NCBI GenBank assembly: GCA_973895155.1
Contig: OZ316891.1
Location: forward strand, 23,083,884-23,147,883
DNA length: 64,000 nt
Source: Marsupella aquatica
Lineage: Eukaryota; Plantae; Marchantiophyta
Direction of reading: 5' to 3'
Part shown: in pieces, positions 38,833-50,129 of the stretch
Layout of the letters: every line of letters begins with the position of its first letter
How positions within the stretch are numbered: position 1 is the stretch's first letter
The notes under the pieces: model-generated
Database searches by the model: none
What the model was told of the DNA's origin: nothing
Seen by the model: only the letters and a program-made list of their open reading frames with translations
Program-made: the position numbers and the translations under genes

Positions 38833-38948
38833 AGTCACCCTTAATTGTTTATATTTTCCTTGTTTTGTTCCTATACTAAGGTGTTTCCAGGGTACACTCC
38901 TGCTTTACCATGTAAATCGGGCTAGTGATTCCTAGCTAGGCATCACCA

Positions 38949-39425
38949 ATGTCATTATTATTCTTCCCAATAAGTCGAGTTGATTCTTGTCCCCATATAA
39001 ATTTAATACGTTTCAAAACTTCGGGTCGAAGTATCAGCCTTACACAAGATAGAATATTCCGTTTGAACATGCACGACCAGATTGCAATGTCGTATAGATC
39101 TGCCACCTTCTCAAGAAATTTCATTAAATCAGGCCTTGGATAGATAACCTTGTGCATCTATCTCACACCCCTTGACCGAATGGGCATCCCAGGGCTGATC
39201 TTCTCTGACCAGATAAGTACCTGATTCAGATCAAAAATTACAAGTCTCTTCTAAACTGGTGACTTCTTTGTCGATGGATTAGGCGCCATTTGTACCTATG
39301 ATTTTTGTGCCGCAGGGTTTGGAGAACGTACTAGAACGGTCTGTTTGTTTCCCACCTCCGGACGATCACCGAACTTCCGGACTGGTGCCTTTGATACTCA
39401 ATCAGGGGTTTTTGGGATAGGCTTC
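38949..39425 (-). pseudogene. N-terminal half of the first FCP1/NIF phosphatase domain
   Basis: KRLVIFDLNQVLI...YPRPDLMKFLEKVADLYDIAIWS...FIWGQE (plant DLN-type NIF motif); two in-frame TAG stops. Confidence 0.82.
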
Positions 39426-39582
39426 TGTAAAACATTAAGAAATGAAAATAAGTTTATAACGCGAACGGTCGCGTGACTACACAGAGAGACACTAAAATAA
39501 AGTGTATTACATGTACAAGACGGTTGTTCAGTGCTGGAATTCCATCGGAAATGTCAATCATAGCAGCACGGATCCCGGTAAC

Positions 39583-39933
39583 GGGTATAGCGACGGAGAC
39601 AAGAAACAGGTAAATAGGAATTTTTTTTCCTGTTTTTAGTATGCTGTTACCAAGAAAAAATCAATGTTACCAAGAAAAATGACAATTTAAAATGTCTCCT
39701 AAAACATATTATTTCCAAAAAAAATTAACAATGCAACATTTTTGGCTAGCTTTGGGCGCTACTATTAGCAACGCCGGGCACTAGCAAAAAAACTGGTCGA
39801 CCAAAAAAAATAATCTTTTTCAAAATAATTTCAAAAATAATTTCCACCCATTTTCCTGTTACCAGTTTTTTTCCTGTTACTAGTTTCTGTTATTAAATCC
39901 TGTTTCCTGTTTGCTGTCTTTTGTAAACACCTC
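39583..39933. mobile_element. ~350-bp MITE related to the 31323-34918 element, inserted at the end of the Ulp1 exon
   Basis: TSD (C)CCGGTAAC / (C)CCAGTAAC; GGG.../...CCTC ends; AAACAGG-type subterminal repeats and TAGC..GCGCTA motifs shared with the larger element. Confidence 0.72.
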
Positions 39934-40727
39934 CCAGTAACTAGGTTATTTGCGGACGTTGGCTTGCGGAAGTCCATGTCAAATAACGACAAGACTATCT
40001 CCCTACGAAATTTCTCAATTTGATCCGCGGGGAAATTAATTTTTTTTCCTTGACACAAGCACTTGGCGTATCTCAAGATAAACACACCACAATTGTGGCC
40101 GTCACTCTGGTGAGGAATATCATTCCGATATATCCGTTCCCAACCTGAGAGATCCAAGTTGACACCAGTTCTCCAACCAATTTTGTCGGTGGAGTACTTC
40201 CCAACAATATCTAGCACCCCAGGATTTTGTTGATTATGAACTAGAGAATCTAGGTACTCGAGCCGTTTCTCCTTCGGATACACAACTACCAATGACCAAT
40301 GTTCTTTCACAGCATTGTGTACTAGAAAGACCAGTTTGTTGTATTCACTGATTTTTAGCGGAAACTCCTTTGTCCAAGCTGCTCTCTCCTCATCAAAAAT
40401 GGTAGGATCCATGGAGAGAAGCTCAAAATGGTGTGTTTGGAAGAATTTGACAAGGTCTGACTTTCCAACTCTATCGAGAATCAGTTCGAGAAAACTCAAA
40501 TAAGCGTTAATTATATCATCGGTGAGCAACTCGCGCGGTCTCAGACACATCATATGTTTCCTCTTGATCAAGTGTTGTAAGAACTTGGTCAATAGCTCTT
40601 CCATATCCTTAGAAGGATCAAGGCATTGATCTATTTGACTAGCCAAATTTTCAAAAAACTGCAAAAAACAGAGATTTCGGTACGCCTTCAAATAACGTAC
40701 TGAGGTTGTAGCCTAAGGGTTCTACCT
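39934..40727 (-). CDS. Ulp1/peptidase C48 (SUMO protease-like) domain exon
   Basis: LRPRELLTDDIINAY...EHWSLVVV...YLDSL...PHQSDGHNCGVF; His-Asp-Cys triad and oxyanion Gln intact. The gene as a whole is disrupted. Confidence 0.92.
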
Positions 40728-40791
40728 CAGAAAACAGAAACAATAACAAATCAATAATAAAATAATGACGTCTATAATAGAAACTTTAAGC

Positions 40792-42344
40792 TTATAGCTT
40801 GCGAATGACCTTTGGATTGGGTGGATCCGGCCTTTTCGCAGCTGATCTCTTGGGTGCCTCCTTCGCAACAACATCCTTCAGCCCTCCTCGAGACCGCAGT
40901 GATTGCTCCACCAGACCAGTTTGCGAAGGTCGGAGCGATGAGGCGGGAAGACCTTCAAATGGTTGTGGCATTTGATTTAAATATTCCACAATCTGGGAAT
41001 CCGATTCCAAAATATCCGGTGCCACAATTTCTGCACGAGTGACCTCTGCAATATATCGGGGTTGAGACCACGAACCCGGTCGCGTCAAGTCAGCTGTTAG
41101 TCTCTTAACAACTTGAGCCAAGTCTGGTGCCAAAGACGTTCCCAGGTCTTGCACTCGATTCTTGGAAAAGTGGACATTATTGATGATTGTCTCCATTATG
41201 GATGCAGTGGCAGTCTTCTCCTCGGTAATCAAAAGACCCTTCCAATATTGCAAAGCAAGGACTGCCTGGACTTGGAGCTGCTCCAGTGAATATTTATTCC
41301 AATCATCCAACGAGACCGTACTTAAGGGTGGATTGTTAAATTCAAACTCCGGGTGAAGAAAATAGTCTAATATTTTCTTCTTAACTGCAATTGAGGGTGA
41401 AGAAGGCTTCTTCAAATTCAACTTTATTTTTGGTAGACGTTGTGCCTCAAGAATAAGCGAAAGATCCTTGGCCCTCTCGGACTCCTTCCTCGCTGCCTCC
41501 ACCTTCTCCGCCTCCACCCTCTCCAGTCTTGCGGCTTCTTCTCTCTCCAGTCTTGCGGAATTGACCTTTTTTGCCTCCAACTTCTCCGCCTCCACTCTCT
41601 TCGGTCTTGCGGTCTCGTCCGCCATCCTCTCGGCCAGCAACCTCTTAGCCGCCACACTCTCCACCTTGGCCCTATTTGCCTCTGTCACTAAAAGGACTCT
41701 CGCAGCCTCCGCTTTCTCAACCTGGGCTTTCTCAGCCTAGGGTTTCTCAGCCTCCGCTTTCTCGGCCTCCGCTTTCTCCGTCTGGGCTTTCTCAGCGTCG
41801 GCTTTTTCCTTCTTCTTTGTGGCAGTTGCTTTTCTAGCTGCCACCTTTTTCTTCTTAGCCTCCTTCTTTTGAAACTCCTCTTGCCGGGCCGCCTCTTGTC
41901 GGGACGCCTCTTGCCGGGCCTCCTCTTGTCGGGCCGCCTCCTGCCGGGCCGCCTCTTGTCGGGCCTCCTCCTGCCGGGCCGCCTCCTTCTTTTGAAGCTC
42001 CTCTTGCCGGGCCGCCTCCTGCCGGGCCTCCTCTTGCCGGGCCTCCTCCTGCCGGGCCGCCTCCTCTCTGGCCTCCTCCTGCCGGGCTGCCTCCTCTCGG
42101 TCCGCCTCATGTCAAGGCTCCTGTATGGCCTCTTCATCAGAGTCCTCAACATCCTCAGAACCCTCCATCTCCTCGTCCTCTTCATCAGCGTCCTCAGCGT
42201 CCTTCATCTCCTCTTCGTCACTCTCTTCCTCACTATTGTCGGAATCTCCGACATTGTTCTACGTATCGGTCATCCACTCTGGATCTTGGTCATTGACATC
42301 CCCATCCGTGTCACCTTCCCCCTCACCATCCGCATCACCATTGC
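40792..42344 (-). pseudogene. Large exon with acidic tract, EEARQ/AEKA charged repeats and a downstream globular segment
   Basis: 15-bp-period repeats at 41700-42100 encode E/A/R/Q/K helix-like runs and continue into track ORF 40792-41688; cut at 42345 by solo LTR E. Confidence 0.6.
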
Positions 42345-43769
42345 TGTGGACTAGCTCAAAATAGGGTATGTAAGAAACTCACCATTTTTTTTGCTTTTTG
42401 TACAAGGATAGTAAGAAATACATTTTAGCATTAGTAAAGTACTTAGGGTTTGTAACCCTAAGTCACTAAGGAAGGATAGTAGGGAATCATGGAAGGGAAA
42501 AATATGTTATTCTAAGAAGATGTAAAGGGATAAGTGAGGTCTTTATGGTAGGGCAGCAAATATTCTTTCCTTAGTTAGGATAGGCGACTAAGTCGGGACC
42601 GGAAAATGACCCAATACCTGACATCTCATTTTTGGCTAATATTTCTCCCATGGGTGCGGGGAGGTCCCTAGGGAACCTTGAAAAATTATGAAGTGAAGTA
42701 GGGTCTCAACCTAGGAATTTTGAGTATTTTGGCTGAACTTAAAATAACCATCTAGCGGGTCCCGGAGAAATTAGCCAAGGGGTAGATATTTTTGGTTCGA
42801 GGTTAAAACTGGGTATAGTATAGCCCATAATATCCCTTGAAAGTCTAAGAAGTAGTTTATCAACTTTGGTTAGTTTTTGGGAGCACCTCAAAGATTGGGA
42901 AAAGTAATGCAACCTATAGATATGGGCAAACTTAGGTATTTTTAGAAAAGTCAGTGCGGGGTATTTAGTGCGTTTGACAAATTCAGGAGGGAGTCCTATG
43001 TCCAAGGATCCCATAACTATGCTCAGAAGTTCTTTTAGACCTATGGGTGAGTTTTGGCATGGCTTTAAAAAGGGCTAGTACAAAGTTTTCTCCCACGAGA
43101 GAACCAAAGTTTTTCCAAGTGTGGAAACGCGACGACGCTAAGTATGACTAAATGTGAAGTGTTTGAGAGCAAGAGAAGAGTCCATGCTAGGATGCAATCT
43201 TGGTCTAATCGTGAAGGGGAGGTGCTGGTACACAACCAAGGCCAGGGAGGCAAGGTTAAGGTGGAGCACTACTTTGGGGTTTAGAGAGGATTGTATCTTG
43301 AGGGTGGAAAAGTACCTTGCTTTGTGTGAGAACCAAGAGGAAGAGTTCTTTGCAAGAAGAGTTTTTCTAGAGCTCAAGGGGGTGTGTGGACCCAAACCAA
43401 GGCCAGGGGGCAAGGTTAAGGGGTAACACTACCTTGAGGATCTTGAGGGGACTTAAGCTTGAAGAGAAAAGTACTTGGGGTTCTTGGGTGTTTGTTTTAG
43501 GGTCTACTCTAAGGTGACAGCTTGGAGTGGATATCCCCCTTGCTAATCCTTGGAGTAGAGGAGAGAGAAAGAGTGGGAGTGCAAAAGTAGTCAAGGTGAC
43601 TACCTCTCTAGAAGTGGAGAGTTGAAACTACTTGTGTATGGTGTACTTAGACCTTGCATGCACATTTCAGAAGTTTTATCAATCCTTTGTGACCCTGGTA
43701 TGACATGGAGCAAGTATTAGGTAGTTTTTAGGGGAAAAGATGCTTAAGCTCCTTGACAAGTGTTTGAGA
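42345..43769 (+). mobile_element. Solo LTR E (1425 bp), a diverged and shorter relative of the B LTR in the opposite orientation
   Basis: TSD ATTGC (42340-42344, 43770-43774); TG...GA ends; reverse-complement similarity to both ends of the B LTR but lacking ~1.7 kb (B ~13010-14735) at a junction near 43140. Confidence 0.9.
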
Positions 43770-43774
43770 ATTGC

Positions 43775-45176
43775 TCCCTGCATCCTCAACATTGAAGCCG
43801 CAGTCGACTTGATCTGAATAAAATCAGATCATTAGATAAGAATGACTCACACGCATATTCGCGTGAAAAGAAATGTTAAGAATGTCCACGCGCATGTTCG
43901 CATGACGCAATAAAAAGTAAGAGGTTTCAAAAGTAACCTACCTTGGATTGGCCCACTAGGGTACTCCGTTGGTCGAATGTACAATCGATCGGAATCTTCA
44001 TAGAGGGCATACTCTTGCAATAATTGATTACAAATATTATCAGGGATATGTTGTTCGTGGAGGACATCCAAAACATCAGCCCTGAGAGTAGTTATGGATG
44101 GACGGTACTTCATTAATTTATCTATACATTTTTCTATACTAGCCCGTACTGGGTCAATCAATGATAGCGTTGTATCAATTGTTGCCATGGTGTGTTGCAA
44201 GAAACAAGACAACTCCCTATGCGTTGCCATAGGGCAGTAATATTTTACATTGGATCTAGCATCCTGTAAAAAAAGCCGAAATTAGTTCACAATATTAATT
44301 GAGAATATAATAATCTAAATAATCTTAAAATTGAAACCCCAAAATATAAATCTAAAAACTTACCATTAAGCACTGGATCAAGTTCGTTCCCTCGCCGAAG
44401 CATATAGCCCATTCCCCACATTGGACGAATTGACTAACAATACTTTCAAAGAATGGAAGTATCTTTTCTGGGGAAGGTGTCGTGTACTCGCCGCTCTCTT
44501 CAAAATTGGCTATCTTCTCAATCCAATATTTGGAGACCAATTGGAACTTGAGGGCTTGTGGATCGCCCATTGTGCTGAAGGCCAAGCTGTGAAAAGCGTA
44601 GGTTACAATAAGCTTCTTCTCCTTCAGCCGCTTCTGAATATAATGGCTATCAACAGCAACGTAGTGTGTGTACTTCCCTAATTCCCGTTTGATTAAATAA
44701 GACTCAACGGGAGAGGCTACAATAATAACCACATGGTGTGGTTTTGCCCCTATCTCGCTAGTAGCACAAAATAACCCCTCATAGAATGAACAATTTGGCG
44801 GACGCAAATCTCCCATTGATGAGGAATCAAAATAAATCAAGCTTGCAAGGTTCTTGTGTTCATGTATGATACAGTCTGCAAACCCAGTATTTTGTATATC
44901 CTGCAGGGATCGCAATTTCAGCCTCTCACTGACCGGCCGCACTAGTTGGTTTTTTTGACTATCAACTGATTTCTGTATTCCTTCCACCAACCTGTAGAAT
45001 ATCGGGTCGATCTCTTTCAACAAATTATCAGCACTATGTAAGCACTTCTTTAGATAAGCACTCAGCGCCTCTCTCAACTGCTTCAGCACCATCTTGTCGA
45101 GCTTAAAGCGACCTGGGCCGGCTCTACTTTCTCCCGGCCCGACCTTGTCACCGGTCGGGATCGACCGGGACGACAT
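43775..45176 (-). CDS. First exons of the interrupted multi-domain gene; possible degenerate amino-methyltransferase-like fold
   Basis: ORFs 44352-45176 and 43847-44230 joined by AT-rich GT-AG introns. The resemblance to N4/N6-MTase motif order is weak and judged by eye. Confidence 0.5.
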
Positions 45177-46762
45177 ATGTCATTTGTCATCCAAAATCCT
45201 CCTATTTGTCCGACAAGTCCAAACTAGGGTCTGGAGGGGATCCAACTCTTTCTCTCTAACTAGAGGGCACGCACTCCTCTCTGATTAGAGGGCACGCACT
45301 GACCCATCATTCTTCCGTCGAGTAGGTTTCCCAACAATTTTCAAACGTACAGTAGAATGCTATCCAATGGAGATGGTTACGTGAAAGGGAGTGGTTAATA
45401 ATTCATCAGTAGCCTCGACTACCCGTTCTTTGAACGTGAACAGCTAGGGAGGATAATAAAAATGTCACCAAAATAAAATTCCTTAGTCAAATTTTTTGAA
45501 GTTAAATGAAATGATAAAACAACCATCATACATGCCATCATTTTAATAATCATACCCCAAATCATACATTACATATCATAGTCTTGTCTTTTTATGCACA
45601 CCCTTCTTTCTATGCACATATTATGGTGGGGCCATAGAGCTCATGTTTTAATACAAATAAAAATCATGACAAAAAGCATGATTGCATGATTCTCATTTGA
45701 CATACATCATAATCATGAGCTTTCCCATCCGTATACACTGGGTTAAATCAACATCGCATTAAGGCTCCCCAGCCTTCTTGGGGCCCCGTACCCTACCCGT
45801 CACTAATCCCAATGCTGCTGCCCGCAAGCCCGCGCGTCCGTCAATCACCGTTCTGGTGCACTTGAAACATATTAGCCCCAATCGGCGATGAACAGAAAAT
45901 TTCCGTCCATTTCAAATTTCACGGCCTTTAGGGCGCGGGACACGCTTACCCTCCAACGTCGCCCACTCCATTGCCCATTTGCAAGTTCTTCCTATTTTTA
46001 TTCAATTTTTGGTGGTCGTACCGATCTTGCATTGTGGAGAGAGCGTGCCTTGCACTTTTCTGTCTCCAAAGTCTTTGTCAGGGCGTGGTGAGGAGGACAG
46101 CAGTCAATCCGCTTGCCTGTGGACCCACATTCTTCACGGTTCTGTATGTGGACACATTGTCAATGTTGGGGACCTTTTTACTTTTCTAATCGTTTCTTGA
46201 GTGCCTGCTGTGGTTTGACGATCGTGCGGTTGGGAAGTGATGATTGGTGCAACCCTGCCCCCTTGCAACGACAACGATGGTGTGTTTCTTATGCAATGCT
46301 GACTTGCATTTTGTGGCGTGGGGCATAAGGTCCCTTGTTTGAGCTTGCAACTTGCGCTATGCAATCGTCGTTCTTCATAAACCTAAACTCTAAACTCTCT
46401 ATTTGTGTTACTGTTATGGTTTTGTGACAGTAACTTCCTCAATTTACCATAGACTTCAGCTCTTTTGGGTTTCAACAATTGTGCGGCTGGGAAACAGAGA
46501 TGGGCGCAACACTGCCCCTTGCAACGACGACGGTGGTGTGTTTCTTTGAGACAACCATCCCCATGCTCTTCTCAATTAGATTTTGTGGCGGAAGTGGGGC
46601 CGGAAGGTCCCCCATTGAGCTTGCAACTTGCGCCATGTTATCATCATTTTTCATAAAAGTTAAACTCTAAACTCTTTGTTTGTGTTACCGTTCTGGATTT
46701 ATGACAGCAAGTTGCTCATTCTGCAGTGAGTGTGATCTCGACGATTTTATAGTGTTGTGACC

Positions 46763-49700
46763 ATGCCTCGGTCATTTTCAAGCCAGGCTAGGAAAAGCAA
46801 GTTGCCTATCCCACCACCTGAAGTATGGGCACAATTTCCTGAGGCACAAGAGAATGTGCATTGGTTCCGGCAGAAAAACCCTTCCTTTCTCAGAACTTCA
46901 GGATCTGGTTACGTTTGCAAGGTGATGACTGATGATAGTTGTACACATTTCATCCGAAGAACCTCCTTCCTGGATCACATGCAATCCTTACATCGCATGA
47001 ACCCAGGAGAATGTAAGAAAGGTTGTCCGAAGACCTCAGCCCGACAAAGGTGTGTAACTTTATTTGCATTATATGTGACTATTCTGCCATGACAACATTT
47101 ATGTGATGTTTTGTGTCATGTTCACTGTTCTGGCATGCAAATGTTCAGGAATCCACCAAGTACAGCAGTGATTGAACATATAATAGAGAATCAACACTTG
47201 GGTCATTTCGTGGACGGGTGTGGAAGCAAAAGAGGCAGAAGTTGACATGGTGGTTACGCTGGGCACATAATTTGAAGATCAACCATGAGGGGGATGAAAC
47301 CGAATGGATAGTTCAGAAGGCAACAGAAAGGTACCAACACTGGAGGCGATTGGCTGCCTTCACGAGCACATTGTCTAGTGTTAGGGACAACACAGTGGCA
47401 TTTTGGAATAAGCATAGTCCTGACATTGATCCTGAGGAGATGCGTGCTAAGGTTTGTCGCTTACCAAATTGCTTTGCCTCATACATAATTAATTGTTTGT
47501 TTGTGTCTTTGTTCTGCCATAACTTTCTTGTGATCTGAATTTCCAAATGATTGCATGTTGGGCCTGTTTGCCGAAATGTGAACTCGAAGATTGGAGTAGC
47601 GATGATGGAATGTCTGAATGCAACTTGCAGCAAACCAATTTTCAAACTGAGAAGTATGTCTTCCACTCACGAAAGGTAGAAAAACCCATACATAAGCCAA
47701 AAAGAAACAGAACCAAAAGGCTAAGGGGAAGCCATCTCGTGAAACAAAAAACCCCTTAACAAAGCCTACTCTAGGAGCAAGAAAAAAGCAATGCATGCAA
47801 AGGAGCAGCAGGCAGAAGTTCAACCTGACCGAGAAGAAAGAGCAAAAAGAAGGGAAGCTTGTAACAATGACAAACCCACCCAAAGGAAGAAACAAAAGAA
47901 GATGGTTGTTACTGAGGTACCATTTCACAAGCTTTCTCTTTTGACGATTTGTACTTGTTTGTTTTTATTGTTCTTCTGGTTTGCAAGCTTTCTCTTTTGA
48001 AAATTCATACTTGTTTGTTTCTATTGCTGTTCTGGTTTGCAAGCTTTATCTTCCGACTATTCATAATTGTTTGTTTCTATTGTTGTTCTGGTTCGCAAGC
48101 TTTCTCTTCCAACAATTCATACTTGTTTGTTTCTATTTATGTTCTGGTTCGCAAGCTTTCCCTTATGACAATTCATACTTGTTTGTTTTTATTGTTGTTC
48201 TGGTCGGCAGGAAGTGGCGGACAAGGAAGTCTTGGAAGCTACGGAAGAAGACCCTGACACTATCAGCCATGGAACAGAGCCTTCACATGAAGATAGTCAT
48301 GAAGGAGAGAAACACTCAGGTACTGGTGATGAAGAAGAACAAGAAGTCCTGCAGAACGAATATGCCAAAAATCAAGCCAACAATGAAGAATCCGCCTTTG
48401 AACATGAAGGCAACGAAGCAAGAGACCAACTCGGGGGGTTAACTAAGTGTATATTTTGGGGTACCACGTGCGATCCTAGCCTAATATAAATAGACCTATT
48501 TTATAAAGAAAATATTCCAAGAATATTCTCCATTTTCAATATTAATAATCTATTTTATTTTATAAAAAGTATATATTAGAGAATATTCTATAAACATGAG
48601 TTTATAATACCTTCTTTTGCCTCCTACGCTTTTTAAAAATTTAGTTAACTTCTATCAAAAATACCTATTTTGGATTGCATGTGGTTCCTAAGATTTTTTA
48701 TAGTCAACCCCCCAAGGAGACCAAGGCACTGAATCAGGCTCCGAACAAGCCACTGAACAAGTAGACTACATTGAAAATGAAACTAGATTCCCAAATGATC
48801 AAGAATCCTACGAAAATGAAGGTGGAGGCACAAAAGAGCAAGAACCAGACGGAGACAGTGAAACCTCTGGAGTACACACTAGTACAAAGCATTCAGAGGA
48901 TATTGAAAACACAAAAGCCACAAATGTGCCGTCTACTACTAAAGTATGGGCACTTGCTAGCACTGTACAATTTAGGGGCATTGTGAGTTTTAATTTTGTT
49001 TGCTCCTGTTCATATACATGATAGGCAATTTTGACTCTTTATGGATTACTATTTTGTGTTGCAGGGTACTCCTTCCGTAGAGAAAAAAGGCTCAAGAAGA
49101 AGCCAACAACCAGGAAAAAGGGATCAAGGACAAAAACCCCAAAGAAGTTCAAGGTTCTTGCCACTATTGGAGGTAAGATAAGAGGACTTCAGGGACGACT
49201 GATGGTCGTTTCACTTTTACTTACTACATTTTCTGTGGATTTGTGGAATGAATTCAACTTACTATTGTTCTCATCATTGTTCTGGTAGGATTGCTCCCGA
49301 CCATCACACCGCCAAGTTCCGATGAGTCATGGGGTATGATCAGGTGGAAGGCTGAATTAGGTCTCCTGCTAACCCATGCAGCAGAAAATTTACTGCATGT
49401 TGTCCCCACTTTGCCCAATTCTGTAGTTGGTCTTGATGGGCAGGTCATCCCCTTCATATATCAAAAGCTACAATATATCAGCCAAAAATGGCAAGCAAGT
49501 TTGGCTACCACTACACGCAAAGAGGCGGAAGTCCTACACACAACTCCAAGTTTTCCTATGGGTTTACCACACAAGGTAACAGTGCCTTGCCAACCATTCT
49601 CTCCCTCTGAATATAGGTATGATGTAGGGAAGAGGACTTTGCTAATTACACTTTCTGTTATGCTCTACAGGAAGATAGCGGTACCTTTTCCGGCAATTGA

Positions 49701-49914
49701 CAATGCTCATCCATGGCCGCCATCTCTATATTGTTGGGTTGGACCAGATGGCATCCCCATTGCCCCTCGCCATTGGGACTTGTTAACAACCACCAGAATT
49801 CAGCTTAGAGCCCTTCAGCTTCACTCAGACAAGAATGTCACAGTTGAGACCATTGGACCCATGACTGACTGCCAAAAATTCCCACCCCTGGAATTGGATT
49901 CTTTGCCTGTTTAG
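46763..49914 (+). CDS. Multi-exon accessory gene convergent with the MULE transposase (C2H2-like Zn finger, basic and acidic regions)
   Basis: Exon-like ORFs at 46763-47049 (YVCKV...C...FLDHMQSLH), 47149-47451, 48211-48945, 49064-49171 and 49288-49914 with GT-AG boundaries; disrupted by a MITE. Confidence 0.6.
47928..48207. repeat. Intronic tandem array, 5 x 56 bp
   Basis: CAAGCTTT unit starts at 47928, 47984, 48040, 48096 and 48152. Confidence 0.92.
48430..48716. mobile_element. MITE (287 bp) with 8-bp TSD
   Basis: TIR CTCGGGGGGTTAACTA / TAGTCAACCCCCCAAG with further inner symmetry; TSD GAGACCAA (48422-48429, 48717-48724); AT-rich interior; splits an acidic exon. Confidence 0.85.
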
Positions 49915-50129
49915 GCAGGGAAGTATAGAGCCCACTAGACATAGACATCAATGGAAATGTCATGGTTGAACCATGTCCAATGTAACTATGCCTGCCTCTT
50001 GGCAACTATCTATATAATAGCAAATGAAGTTATTTACACATCAAAAGAAACCAAATAGTGTGAAAGCACTCTGCTCTTTGTACATTCACTCTCCAGCTTG
50101 CAATGAATTGTCGTGATACATCACCAAAT

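Larger units (their letters stand above)
1347..38948 (-). mobile_element. Element A: full-length degenerate Ty3/Gypsy non-chromovirus LTR retrotransposon with ~4.5-kb coding LTRs and four nested insertions
   Basis: TG start at 1347 and CA end at 38948; 5-bp TSD ATGTC at 1342-1346 and 38949-38953; direct repeats 1347-12167 and 30910-38948; PBS, PPT and gag-PR-RT-RH-INT order on the minus strand. Confidence 0.95.
30910..38948 (-). repeat. 5' LTR of element A (~4.43 kb after removing the TIR insert)
   Basis: Colinear with 1347-12167; flanked by the PBS and by the ATGTC TSD. Confidence 0.93.

Noticed and set aside
30910-38948. The three 4.5-kb gene-containing repeats as segmental duplications of a host gene
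   Set aside because: TG..CA ends, PBS/PPT adjacency and TSDs identify them as LTRs.
39831-39933. C-terminal tail of the Ulp1 ORF in the track
   Set aside because: It is read-through into the MITE; the native frame resumes below 39582.
41688-42354. Arg/Pro-rich RRRPG ORF and Leu-rich antisense ORF
   Set aside because: They are alternative-frame read-outs of a 15-bp repeat; the EEARQ frame fits the neighbouring exon.
45736-45760. CACTG as a possible CACTA-type terminus
   Set aside because: No matching end, TSD or subterminal repeats visible in the window.
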